Of a stretch of DNA of 64,000 nucleotides, positions 39,276 through 49,082 are shown piece by piece. A program made the position numbers and the translations under genes. The notes below the pieces were generated by a model. That model was not told the DNA's origin and did not search any database. It saw only the letters and a program-made list of their open reading frames with translations. This DNA comes from Cytophagales bacterium. Its GTDB lineage: Bacteria; Bacteroidota; Bacteroidia; Cytophagales; UBA9547. Numbering within the stretch: position 1 is the first letter of the stretch; the number at the start of each line of letters is the position of its first letter. The DNA is taken from the NCBI GenBank assembly GCA_033765235.1, contig JANRIG010000020.1, forward strand, positions 155,934 to 219,933, read 5' to 3'.

Positions 39276-42092
39276 ATGGATGTAGTAAGGCTTTTACAAA
39301 AACATATAGATAAATCTAAAATAAAATCACGCCTCATAGACAGGCTGTCATATGCCTCAGATGCAGGATTTTATCAGTTGGTACCACAAGCTGTAATATT
39401 GCCCGACAGTGAAGATGATATAAAGAAATTATTCGACTTTTGCAATATTCATCACATTCCACTCACCTTTCGCACAGGGGGCACCAGCCTTAGCGGACAA
39501 GCCATAAGCGATGGACTACTAATAGACTTGAGCCAAAAGTGGAGAAAGATAAAAGTGAATGAAGATGGCAAAAGCATTACTACACAACCGGGTGTGATAG
39601 GAAGCACTGCCAATAACCAACTAAAAAAATACCATACCAAGATAGGACCCGACCCCTCATCTATAGCATCTGCCATGATGGGAGGCATTATATCAAACAA
39701 TAGCAGTGGTATGTGCTGTGGAGTGATACATAACAGCTACCACACCCTTAGGCACCTTACATTTATATTACCTAACGGGAAAAAATACAATACCCAAAAC
39801 TCTATTGACTATACCCGATTTATAGCTGAAAATGAGGCACTTTGCAATGGATTATCGCAAATACGCCAACAAATAATAGCAACTTCCTCCCTTTATGAAA
39901 AAATAAGAACCAAATACCAAACCAAAAACACTGTTGGGTATTCCATCAACTCATTTATAGACTATGAGCATCCGTTAGACATATTTGCACACCTGCTGGT
40001 AGGTGCAGAAGGCACTTTGGCATTCATATCAGAAGCTACGCTGGATACCATTGCCGACAAACCTCACAAAGCCACCTCCCTCATTATTTACAATAATATT
40101 TATGCCGCTTGCAGTCAAATACCAGCATTGAAAGATAGCGGTGCCGAAGCCTTAGAGCTTATGGACAGGGCATCATTAAAGTCTATCGAAGACCTCAAAG
40201 GGTGCCCGCCACATATACAAAATATGCCTGCTGAGGCTTGTGCGCTGCTGGTAGAATATCAAAGCCATGATCTACAAGAACTGGACATACTATTGTCAAA
40301 ATTTTATGCAATAGACATGCACGCACATATCATAGGCGATGTAGTATTTACCAAAAATGCAGAGGAGCAGGCAGCACTTTGGAAACTCAGAAAAGGTATG
40401 TTTCCGGCGGTAGGCGCGTTGCGCCAAAAAGGCACTACTGTAATATTAGAAGATATTGCATTTCCCATAGAAAAATTGGCCGATGCCACTACAGCATTGC
40501 AAAGATTATTTGTCAAATACAGCTATCACGAAGCTATCATATTCGGGCATGCCAAAGACGGTAATCTGCACTTTGTAATAACGCAAACATTTAATGAAAA
40601 TGATGAAGTACAAAGATATGCAAGCTTTATAGATGATGTAGTGCACTTAGTAGTAACCCAATACGATGGAGCACTCAAAGCAGAACATGGTACTGGCAGA
40701 AATATGGCACCTTTTGTGCAAACAGAGTGGGGCAATGAAGCCTATGCTATCATGAAAAGCATAAAATCTTTGGCAGACCCCAATCATATACTAAACCCGG
40801 GTGTAATAATAAATGATGATAAATATGCACACCTCAAAAATCTGAAAGCACTTCCTTCTGTAGAGCAAGAGGTAGACAAATGTATAGAATGCGGATATTG
40901 CGAAGCCAAGTGCCCCAGCAAAGACCTGACTCTCACCCCTAGACGCAGAATAGTAGTGCGCCGCGAGCTTGCAAAAATGCGTGCATCCAATGATATCAAA
41001 AACTATAATACATTGCTGCACCAATATCAATATGACGGATTAGAAACCTGCGCTGTGGACGGGCTGTGTGCTACAGACTGCCCTGTGAATATAAATACAG
41101 GCGACCTTGTGAAAAGATTAAGACACGAAAACCACAGCCAAACAGAAAACTATGTTGCCAAATGGGTAGCAAAAAATTTTTATTTGGCAGAAAATATTTT
41201 AGTATTTACATTGAGGATTTTGTATAATGTAAATCGCCTCTTGGGTGGAAAAATACTACATCAAGCCTCATTAATAGCACGAAAAATAACTAAAAAAACT
41301 CCTATTTGGCTCAAATATACCACATCTGCATCTGCTTTTCGTACATCAAACCCTCAAAATATACAGAACACTGAAAAAACTGCCATATACTTCACCACCT
41401 GCATTTGCAGGCTCATGGGCAATAATATAGATGGCAAGAATAACATTCAAAATACATTTATAGAAACTGCAAGCAGAGCGGGCATTGATATGGTAATACC
41501 CAATGATATACATGGGCTGTGCTGTGGGCAAGCTTTTTCGAGCAAAGGCTATTTTGAAGCATATGTACATACCGTGAATAATACTATCATAAAACTGTAT
41601 CAATACTCACACATGGGAGCCATACCCATAGTGATGGACTTGAGCTCATGCACCCACTCAATCACCACCTGCAAAAAATACCTTACCACCGAAAATGCCA
41701 TACTTTTTGACAAACTCATAATATATGACAGTGTCACTTATCTTCAAAAGTATGTGATGCCTACATTGACCATTGCGCACAAAAAAAACAATGTGATACT
41801 ACACCCTGTATGCAGCCTCACCAAAATGGGCACCAACTCCCATTTGCATGAGGTAGCCTCTATGTGCGCACACCAAGTAATAGTGCCTGCAGGCTCCGGA
41901 TGCTGCGGTATGGCAGGCGATAGAGGTTTTATATTTCCTGAACTTACACAATCTGCTACTAGTGCTATAGCAAACGACACCTCGGCACAAGGGTATTACT
42001 GCACTTCAAAAACCTGTGAAATAGCACTTTCCGAAACCACAGACAAAAATTATGAATCTATCATATATTTGGTGGAGGAGGTGAGCAGGTAG
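39276..42092 (+). CDS. FAD-linked oxidase fused to 4Fe-4S and CCG (cysteine-rich) domains, YdiJ / D-2-hydroxyacid dehydrogenase-like
   Basis: FAD-binding GGTSLSGQAI. Ferredoxin motifs CIECGYCEAKCPS and CAVDGLCATDCP. CCG motifs CCGQAFSSKGY and CCGMAGDRGF. Confidence 0.82.
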   Translation: MDVVRLLQKHIDKSKIKSRLIDRLSYASDAGFYQLVPQAVILPDSEDDIKKLFDFCNIHHIPLTFRTGGTSLSGQAISDGLLIDLSQKWRKIKVNEDGKSITTQPGVIGSTANNQLKKYHTKIGPDPSSIASAMMGGIISNNSSGMCCGVIHNSYHTLRHLTFILPNGKKYNTQNSIDYTRFIAENEALCNGLSQIRQQIIATSSLYEKIRTKYQTKNTVGYSINSFIDYEHPLDIFAHLLVGAEGTLAFISEATLDTIADKPHKATSLIIYNNIYAACSQIPALKDSGAEALELMDRASLKSIEDLKGCPPHIQNMPAEACALLVEYQSHDLQELDILLSKFYAIDMHAHIIGDVVFTKNAEEQAALWKLRKGMFPAVGALRQKGTTVILEDIAFPIEKLADATTALQRLFVKYSYHEAIIFGHAKDGNLHFVITQTFNENDEVQRYASFIDDVVHLVVTQYDGALKAEHGTGRNMAPFVQTEWGNEAYAIMKSIKSLADPNHILNPGVIINDDKYAHLKNLKALPSVEQEVDKCIECGYCEAKCPSKDLTLTPRRRIVVRRELAKMRASNDIKNYNTLLHQYQYDGLETCAVDGLCATDCPVNINTGDLVKRLRHENHSQTENYVAKWVAKNFYLAENILVFTLRILYNVNRLLGGKILHQASLIARKITKKTPIWLKYTTSASAFRTSNPQNIQNTEKTAIYFTTCICRLMGNNIDGKNNIQNTFIETASRAGIDMVIPNDIHGLCCGQAFSSKGYFEAYVHTVNNTIIKLYQYSHMGAIPIVMDLSSCTHSITTCKKYLTTENAILFDKLIIYDSVTYLQKYVMPTLTIAHKKNNVILHPVCSLTKMGTNSHLHEVASMCAHQVIVPAGSGCCGMAGDRGFIFPELTQSATSAIANDTSAQGYYCTSKTCEIALSETTDKNYESIIYLVEEVSR

Positions 42093-42116
42093 ATAGTATT
42101 TGCACAAAGCAACTTA

Positions 42117-42584
42117 CTACACCAACTCTTTACGTTTCAGTATGCTTTCAAGAAACTTTACTTCTGTCTCAGTATTAAATATTTTGTAAGGAAGATAAAA
42201 ATACTGTGCTCTTGACAGCATAAGCATAAAAGCATCTTTGGTCATCTTAGCACTCTTTATTTTGTCCCATCCTATCTGCATGCCTTGTTTTTGGTTGAGC
42301 TTTACCATGATTTGACGGCTGTCTATTTCATAGGTATATTTGTCAAACATAATCTTGCTATCGGGCATAATGGTGACACCGTAAAACTGTATATACCAAA
42401 ACAATATATATAAAGCAGGTGCCAACACTACCAGTATAGCCCACCACCACGAGAAGTATAGCAAACCACTAAGCAGCAATGTGCCTCCTGCTATATAGTA
42501 CCATTGGCTTTTGAGTATATCGAGCATGGATATTTTGATATAGGTATTAGGTTCAAGCTGGTATTTTTTGGTTTTTATAATCAT
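42117..42584 (-). CDS. YcxB-like membrane protein
   Basis: Two central TM helices (YYIAGGTLLLSGLLYF / WWAILVVLAPALYILFWY), followed by a soluble tail as in the YcxB family. Recalled, not searched. Confidence 0.5.
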   Translation of the reverse strand: MIIKTKKYQLEPNTYIKISMLDILKSQWYYIAGGTLLLSGLLYFSWWWAILVVLAPALYILFWYIQFYGVTIMPDSKIMFDKYTYEIDSRQIMVKLNQKQGMQIGWDKIKSAKMTKDAFMLMLSRAQYFYLPYKIFNTETEVKFLESILKRKELV

Positions 42585-42600
42585 AACACGCTGATATTAT

Positions 42601-43461
42601 TTATTTTACGGTTTTAAAACTTAGGTCTATGCTTTGGTATGAATGGGTGAGTGCTCCTACAGATATATAGTCTACTCCTGCTTCTGCTATTTCTTTTACT
42701 GTTTTCAGGGTCACACCGCCTGAGGCTTCTATTTCATATTTACCATCTATGATTTTTACTGCCTTTTTTATGTCTTGTATGCTCATATTGTCAAGCATTA
42801 TGCGCTTTATCATTCCTATTTCCATAGCTTGCTTCACTTCATCAAGGTTTCGCGTTTCTACTTCTATGGCAAGTTTCAGATTTCGGCGGTCGAGGTATTC
42901 TTTGGTAGTTTTTATGGAGTTGGTAATGCCTCCTGCCAGGTCTACATGATTGTCTTTGAGCATGACCAAATCAAAGAGCCCAAATCTGTGATTTTCGCCA
43001 CCGCCTATTTTTACTGCCCACTTTTCAAATGCTCTGAAGTTGGGAGTAGTTTTGCGGGTATCCAAAATTTTGGCTTTGGTATGCGCTACTTTGTCCACAT
43101 ATTGTCGGGTAATGGTGGCTATGCCGCTCATGCGTTGTATGAAGTTGAGAAGCAATCTTTCGGCGCGCAACAGCGACTGCATTCTGCCTTCTGCCTCCAG
43201 TACTATATCGCCTTTTTCTATTCTGACGCCATCTTTTTTGAGCACGGTGTATTTTATGTCCACATCTATGGATTTGAGCACCTCTTCGGCTACATCTATT
43301 CCTGCCAAGAGGGCACTTTCTTTGCTGCGGCAGGCAAACTTTGCGGTAGCATTTTCGGGGATACATGCCAGTGAACTGAAATCACCATATCCTATATCTT
43401 CTTTGAGGGCTTCTCTGATATAATAATTTAGCTTGTCTTCGCTTAAGTATGAGGGCAACAT
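42601..43461 (-). CDS. nadC: Nicotinate-nucleotide diphosphorylase (carboxylating)
   Basis: ALKEDIGYGD..., ILDTRKTTPN, LFDLVMLKDNH and MLDNM motifs. Confidence 0.92.
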   Translation of the reverse strand: MLPSYLSEDKLNYYIREALKEDIGYGDFSSLACIPENATAKFACRSKESALLAGIDVAEEVLKSIDVDIKYTVLKKDGVRIEKGDIVLEAEGRMQSLLRAERLLLNFIQRMSGIATITRQYVDKVAHTKAKILDTRKTTPNFRAFEKWAVKIGGGENHRFGLFDLVMLKDNHVDLAGGITNSIKTTKEYLDRRNLKLAIEVETRNLDEVKQAMEIGMIKRIMLDNMSIQDIKKAVKIIDGKYEIEASGGVTLKTVKEIAEAGVDYISVGALTHSYQSIDLSFKTVK

Positions 43462-43466
43462 GGTTG

Positions 43467-43474
43467 CAAAAATA
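43467..43474 (-). promoter_or_regulatory. -7 promoter motif TATTTTTG 5 nt upstream of the nadC ATG
   Basis: The minus strand reads TATTTTTG-caacc-ATG. Confidence 0.3.
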
Positions 43475-43584
43475 GGTATATTGATGAATTATTGATGAAA
43501 AAATTTTATTCGTATTAATTATTTATATGGTGTACTTGCGTACTTAATCATCCATAGTATTGATGTGTATTAGTGGGTATGATA

Positions 43585-44289
43585 TCAAGATGCAAACCAA
43601 AATCGAGGTTTATAATGAATAAGCAACATTGAAATAACACAATGAATAAATGTTGAAAATGACAGCATGCAGATAAATGCTAAAAATTCTATATTAATAT
43701 TTAATAATGAAATATTTTTTAGATGTACGGCAGTAATAACTTGCAACGGATATGCTGCTACAAAACCTCCGAGAATGGAAGTGAATGCGATTGATAACCA
43801 CCGTAAAAATGTATTAGTATATACAGAAAAATACGGATACAATATATAATAGCCTGAATAAAAGCCCACTAATGCACTTGTGAGGAATAAATACATCCAT
43901 GTGACTGTACAATCTGAGAAATATGCTCCTCCTGATGAAAAAATAAGTCCTACTATTAAAACAAAAAAAAGCCAATACAACAATTGTACACCCATTGTCT
44001 TAATAGAAAAATGTAACCGATATACATTTTTAAGACTTAAGAAACCTATCGTGAGAAACGTAATTGATATGCCAAAAATTATAAAAAAACGGGTTTGTGC
44101 ATTTGATTCTCTTTTGCTGCATTCTTCACTGAGATTTACAGTAGTGCTGTACAGGCCTTTTGATATCTCATATTTTATGACTGCAAGTTTATGCTCATCA
44201 GTCATTATGAGCATAGTAGATGCGCCCTTTATTGAGTAAACTAATAATGCAATGCCTAATATGAGTAATATGATTGAAAATGATTTCAT
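43585..44289 (-). CDS. Polytopic membrane protein of unknown function
   Basis: Multiple hydrophobic segments. It lies 21 nt downstream of the sensor gene on the same strand. Confidence 0.45.
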   Translation of the reverse strand: MKSFSIILLILGIALLVYSIKGASTMLIMTDEHKLAVIKYEISKGLYSTTVNLSEECSKRESNAQTRFFIIFGISITFLTIGFLSLKNVYRLHFSIKTMGVQLLYWLFFVLIVGLIFSSGGAYFSDCTVTWMYLFLTSALVGFYSGYYILYPYFSVYTNTFLRWLSIAFTSILGGFVAAYPLQVITAVHLKNISLLNINIEFLAFICMLSFSTFIHCVISMLLIHYKPRFWFAS

Positions 44290-44310
44290 TAATATCAGTA
44301 TTCAATATAG

Positions 44311-47300
44311 TTATACCAAGTCACGTTCATATCTCTTTATTTTTTCGAGATACAATTTTTCTTTGCGCTGCATCTCTTCTTGGATGGCAGCCAGCTCTTC
44401 CAAATTTTGGCGAAGCTCCTCTTCTTGTTCCAAGCTATTGAGCGATTTGTTTTCAGTCTCTGCCAGCAGCTTATTGGTTTTCTCAGCCAGCAGCATATTG
44501 TTCACATACAATGCAAATGTTTCTATGAACTTTTCTATCAAGTGGGTGAGTTTTTCATCAGTATCTGCAAAAAATGCAAGCTCAAGTACCCCTACCACTA
44601 TATTTTCGGAGCGAATGGGTATTATGAGTACCTTTTGGGGGCTTGCACTGCCAAGTCCGGAGCGTATTTCAAAATATTTATCAGGAGGATTGTCTAGTAT
44701 TATCCATTCTTTTTGCAAATATGCTTGCCCTATAAGCCCTTCGCCGAGCAATATATTTTCATGCTCTAATACTTCCTGCCCTGCACCATAGAGTGCATAG
44801 GGAGTCAAGTAAGGCTCATCTGTGTCTTTGTTCACTATAAATATCATACCTGAGGCAGCATGGGTATATTGGATGAGTTCTTTGAGTATTTTTTGGCATG
44901 TATTTTCAAGGCCTGTCTGAGATTTATTGAGTGTTTGAGAGAGCATGGCAAGGCCTTCTGTGATCCACTTTTGCACTGCTTCGTTTTGACGTGAGATGAG
45001 TAGTTCTTCGTTTTGTTTTAGCACTTGTGAGGTGCGTTCTTCTATTTCTTTTTCTAGGTATTGTTTATTTGCTTTGGCAGTTTTGTCTTTGTCTTTTATA
45101 TATAGATATACACCTCCCCCCACGGTCATTAATAGTAGGGTATAAAACCACCATGTTTCATAAAAGTTAGGCACTATAGTGATTTGCACATCCAGTGTGC
45201 TGTCGTTCCACATACCTGCAGCGTTTGAGGCTTTTATTTTCAATGTATAGGTACCTCCGGGAAGGTTTGAAAAAGTGGCTTCTGCATTAGTGGCAGGCAA
45301 GGTCACCCACTCATTGCTGTAGCCATCCAGTATATAGCTTATTTGATTTTTTGATACATCGGCAAAGTGCATGGCAGATAATATGAATGAAAAGTTGTTT
45401 TCGCGGCGGGTGAGTCTTATTTTTTTGGTTTCGTTAATATTTGAGGTAAGCAGTACATTGCCATTGACAGGCACATTGACAGATACAATTTTGTTATTTA
45501 CTTTGAATTGTGATATCATTGGGATAGCCTGTTTAGAATTATTTTTTATTTTCATAGGGTCAAATGTGCTGAAGCCTTTATTGCCACCTACAAAAAATTT
45601 GCCACTCCGAGATATATATGCACTGTTGAAACTATATTCCTCATTTACAAGCCCGTCAGATGAAAGGTAGTTTACAAACTTTTTATTTTTTGTATCAAAA
45701 TATATTAGCCCATTGTCGCTGGTGAGCCACATATTTTGATTTTTGTCAATAAGTATTGCATATATGGTATTGCTGCTGAGGCCATCTTCAAGAGAGTAAT
45801 TGTACAGTACTTTCTCTTTTTCGGGGTCAAATCCTACAATGCCATTGCCTCCTGTACCAAACCATATTATGCCTTTTGCATCTTCATTCACACATTTTAT
45901 ATGGCTGGCAGGAAAGTTTATGGCAGGAGTGCTTTTGTTGTAGTTTTTTATATTAAGACTATCGTCTAATATTGCAAATGCTCCATGGTCGTTAGTTCCT
46001 ACCCATTTTCTGCCTTTGGAGTCTTCAAATATGCACCACATATTGGTTTGCGCTATTTTATTTGAGTCAATTCCACCACTTACATATTTGAATGATTTGC
46101 CGGTCTTCATATTTGTTTTTTGCAAGCCTTCGCAGTATGACACTATCCATAAGTTTTCTTTTTTGTCTATGATAGCATCTCGGCTGCACCAAGGTAGTAT
46201 TTTCATTTCAAGCTCTTGAGTCTCATGCAGATTTTCAAATAATAAATGGTCGGCACCAAAGTTTTTGTTTTTAGCAGCACTTAATTTGTAAAAGCCATTT
46301 CCCCAAAACATAAAGTACATGTTATTATTCTTGTCTTGCAATATACGTGCATTGGCTAAAAACCAGTCTTTCATACCTTTTTGGTTGGGAGTGTTTATGT
46401 TAAAATTGGTGTATTTTTGGGTTTGTTTATTATACCTTAATATACCATTGCTAAAGGTGCCAAACCATAAATTGTCTTGGTGGTCTTCGTGTATGGCAAG
46501 TATATCGTTATAAGGCAGTGTATTGGGGTCGTTGGGTATGTTATAGAATGATTCAAAGTTAGTATTGTTGAGGTCTGTATAGCTTATGCCTCCTTTTTCA
46601 GTACCTACCCACAGCACGTCTGAGTGGTCTACATAGGTGATATTTACATTGTCAGAGCATATGGAAGAGTGGTCGTATATGTTATGTTTGTATAACTTAT
46701 AACGCTGAAATGAATCATCAAAAACCAATAAGCCGTAATCTGTAGTTATGTAATAGGTATTGTCATTTATTAATATGTGCTTAAAATATGAAGTACTAGA
46801 TGTAGGGAGTTGTTTTTGTGTGTCATATTTTTTTATGACCTCAAGCTTATTGCTCTTTATGTCATATTCAATTATATTGCCATTTTCTATAAATAATAAT
46901 ATTTTATCATCGACTAATATAGAAGTAAAGTTTATCCCCTTATTTTCTATAATAGACACAATATATTTTTTGTTTTCTTCTGTAAGCACACTCATGATAC
47001 CCTGTGGGTCTATTTTGTAGATACACACATCGTTTACTACATACAAATTTTGATTTTTATCGGATAATACGGTATTAATACCTCCTTTTGCAGGAGCATT
47101 TTTAATTTCAAATGTGTATTTTTTTACATGCTTGGTTTGATAGGCCATTCTATATAGCTTATTGCTTTTTTGACACCAAATGATACTATCATTGGCGGCA
47201 ACAAGATTTGGCTCAGCTGCCATATCTTGCTCAACTTCTCCTGTAAAAGTAAATACTGCCAAATTTTGAAATTCATCTTTGTCAATATTATATATAGCTA

Positions 47301-47622
47301 CTCCGTTGTTGGTAGATATGGCTATATTGTTGCTGTCTATGCCTGTGATATTACCGATAATATACCCGGGCAACGAATGTGCAACATTTTTTTTGTCGGG
47401 CAGATAGGTGGTAAATTTTATGCCGTCATATATGGCTAAGCCATTGCCCGTGCCAAACCACATTCGGCGATATTTATCTTGGTATATAGATTTTACGATG
47501 CTGTGAGGAAGTCCGTCTTTGGAATTAAAATGGTTAAACATCAACTGCTGGCCCCATGAGCGCAATGCTGAAATGGAAGTAAGTGCTATTACAAACAATA
47601 ATATTCTTGTATTTATTCTCAC
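44311..47622 (-). CDS. Membrane sensor: periplasmic two-component-regulator propellers + Y_Y_Y domain, one TM helix, cytoplasmic coiled coil-GAF-coiled coil, no recognisable output domain
   Basis: Signal peptide. Repeated ...WFGTxxGL.xYD... propeller blades. Y_Y_Y-like ISYILDGYSNEWVTL...GGTYTLKIKA. TM helix WWFYTLLLMTVGGGVYLYI. GAF-like ...GMIFIVNKD...LLGEGLIGQAYL...LIIPIRSENIVVGVLELA. Terminal EEELRQNLEELAAIQEEMQRKE. Confidence 0.8.
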   Translation of the reverse strand: MRINTRILLFVIALTSISALRSWGQQLMFNHFNSKDGLPHSIVKSIYQDKYRRMWFGTGNGLAIYDGIKFTTYLPDKKNVAHSLPGYIIGNITGIDSNNIAISTNNGVAIYNIDKDEFQNLAVFTFTGEVEQDMAAEPNLVAANDSIIWCQKSNKLYRMAYQTKHVKKYTFEIKNAPAKGGINTVLSDKNQNLYVVNDVCIYKIDPQGIMSVLTEENKKYIVSIIENKGINFTSILVDDKILLFIENGNIIEYDIKSNKLEVIKKYDTQKQLPTSSTSYFKHILINDNTYYITTDYGLLVFDDSFQRYKLYKHNIYDHSSICSDNVNITYVDHSDVLWVGTEKGGISYTDLNNTNFESFYNIPNDPNTLPYNDILAIHEDHQDNLWFGTFSNGILRYNKQTQKYTNFNINTPNQKGMKDWFLANARILQDKNNNMYFMFWGNGFYKLSAAKNKNFGADHLLFENLHETQELEMKILPWCSRDAIIDKKENLWIVSYCEGLQKTNMKTGKSFKYVSGGIDSNKIAQTNMWCIFEDSKGRKWVGTNDHGAFAILDDSLNIKNYNKSTPAINFPASHIKCVNEDAKGIIWFGTGGNGIVGFDPEKEKVLYNYSLEDGLSSNTIYAILIDKNQNMWLTSDNGLIYFDTKNKKFVNYLSSDGLVNEEYSFNSAYISRSGKFFVGGNKGFSTFDPMKIKNNSKQAIPMISQFKVNNKIVSVNVPVNGNVLLTSNINETKKIRLTRRENNFSFILSAMHFADVSKNQISYILDGYSNEWVTLPATNAEATFSNLPGGTYTLKIKASNAAGMWNDSTLDVQITIVPNFYETWWFYTLLLMTVGGGVYLYIKDKDKTAKANKQYLEKEIEERTSQVLKQNEELLISRQNEAVQKWITEGLAMLSQTLNKSQTGLENTCQKILKELIQYTHAASGMIFIVNKDTDEPYLTPYALYGAGQEVLEHENILLGEGLIGQAYLQKEWIILDNPPDKYFEIRSGLGSASPQKVLIIPIRSENIVVGVLELAFFADTDEKLTHLIEKFIETFALYVNNMLLAEKTNKLLAETENKSLNSLEQEEELRQNLEELAAIQEEMQRKEKLYLEKIKRYERDLV

Positions 47623-47880
47623 TATCTTTACAATGTAATATTTATTTTGTATTTATTATAATATCCAATGATTTAACTAAAAAGGTTGCAAATATAATTC
47701 AAAAATATGAAAATCAAATCATAGGTGATATATAAATTGGTATGTGTAAAGATAAATTTTTAATAATATATATAAATGCCTCATAATAAATAGGTTATAA
47801 ATGTTATTTTATATATACAATGCTCAAGTAATCATTATTTTTGTATAAAAGTTAATTTTCAGTTATTTTTATATTATGTA

Positions 47881-47888
47881 TAAATTTG
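47881..47888 (+). promoter_or_regulatory. -7 promoter motif TAAATTTG
   Basis: TAnnTTTG match 24 nt upstream of the ATG at 47913. Confidence 0.4.
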
Positions 47889-47912
47889 TAAAGTTGTAAT
47901 ATTTAGCCCATT

Positions 47913-49082
47913 ATGATAGAAAGTATAGTACAATTTTGGAAAAACATAGGCAGGTTTGAAATATTGGGCAATGACCTGCATAACATAGTGTTAGCAGGTA
48001 TCATCTTATTTTTTGCCTTAGTGCTCAATCGTTATATTTCAGACATAGCTTCCAGAGTGATATACCGTGTGTTCAAAAATGCATCTTCGCGTGTCACAGC
48101 TATTGAGTTTGTAAAACTGCTCATAAAACCAATGCAGTTTTTTTTGATAATGGTATTTGTATATGTAGCATTTGATTTGCTAGAATGGCCGGAAATGTGG
48201 CACCTGAAGCCCATCAAAAAATTTGGTCTGAAACTCATAGTACTGCGCACCTATCAAACCATATTTTTTGGTGCCATTTATTGGGTTTTATTAGGATTGG
48301 CAGATTTTTTTGCGCTCGAATTGCAAAAAAAAGCACAGGAGGAAGATTCCAAACTGCAAGAACAGCTGGTGCCATTCATTAACCAACTTGCCAAAATGGT
48401 ACTTTTTGTAATACTATTTTTTGTAATGCTGGGGGTGGTATATAAGCTCAATGTGGGAGCCATCATTACAGGGTTGGGGATAGGTGGTGTAGCTGTAGCA
48501 TTGGCGGGCAAAGAAACACTCGAAAATTTATTAGCCTCTTTCACCATATTTATAGACAAACCATTTATATCCGGCGACCTTATCAAAGTGAGTGGCATAG
48601 TAGGCAATGTAGAGACCGTAGGCTTCCGCACCACCCGCATACGCACCCTCGACCGCAGCCTGATGACACTGCCCAATAAGCAGCTCATAGATAGCCCTCT
48701 CGAAAACCTCACTACCCGCAAATATCACCGAGCATATTTTAAAATAGGATTGCCATTTGGCACCTCAGCAGATGCTATAAAACATGTGATACAACAGATA
48801 GAAAATACTCTTGCCAAAAACCCCAAGACTAATAGCCAAGTACATGTACACTTCGACGGATTTGGCGACTACACCCTGGATGTCATAGTCATTTACAATG
48901 CCAAAGCAGTGGAGTTTGAAGATTTTTGGAAAATAAAAGAAGAAATAAATTACAAAATAATAGAAATCATGCAAAAATCAGGCACTGACATTGAGTACCC
49001 TACACAAATAGTATATGTCAAGAGCTTAGATGACAAAAAAGCTACATCATTGCCGGTGCCACCACCTGCTACAATTTCATAG
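47913..49082 (+). CDS. Mechanosensitive ion channel (MscS family)
   Basis: TM3/beta-domain signature GLGIGGVAVALAGKETLENLLASFTIFIDKPF..GD.I...G..G.VE.VGFR.T.IRT. Confidence 0.85.
   Translation: MIESIVQFWKNIGRFEILGNDLHNIVLAGIILFFALVLNRYISDIASRVIYRVFKNASSRVTAIEFVKLLIKPMQFFLIMVFVYVAFDLLEWPEMWHLKPIKKFGLKLIVLRTYQTIFFGAIYWVLLGLADFFALELQKKAQEEDSKLQEQLVPFINQLAKMVLFVILFFVMLGVVYKLNVGAIITGLGIGGVAVALAGKETLENLLASFTIFIDKPFISGDLIKVSGIVGNVETVGFRTTRIRTLDRSLMTLPNKQLIDSPLENLTTRKYHRAYFKIGLPFGTSADAIKHVIQQIENTLAKNPKTNSQVHVHFDGFGDYTLDVIVIYNAKAVEFEDFWKIKEEINYKIIEIMQKSGTDIEYPTQIVYVKSLDDKKATSLPVPPPATIS

Noticed and set aside
42749-43423. Several ORFs (66-199 aa) antisense to, or in an alternative frame of, nadC, including an Arg-rich 113-aa frame.
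   Set aside because: nadC is unambiguous. The others have biased, implausible compositions and no start context.
44252-44791. 179-aa plus-strand ORF overlapping the sensor gene's 3' end.
   Set aside because: It is the Ser-rich mirror of the coiled-coil (E/K/L/Q-rich) coding region and is a chance open frame.
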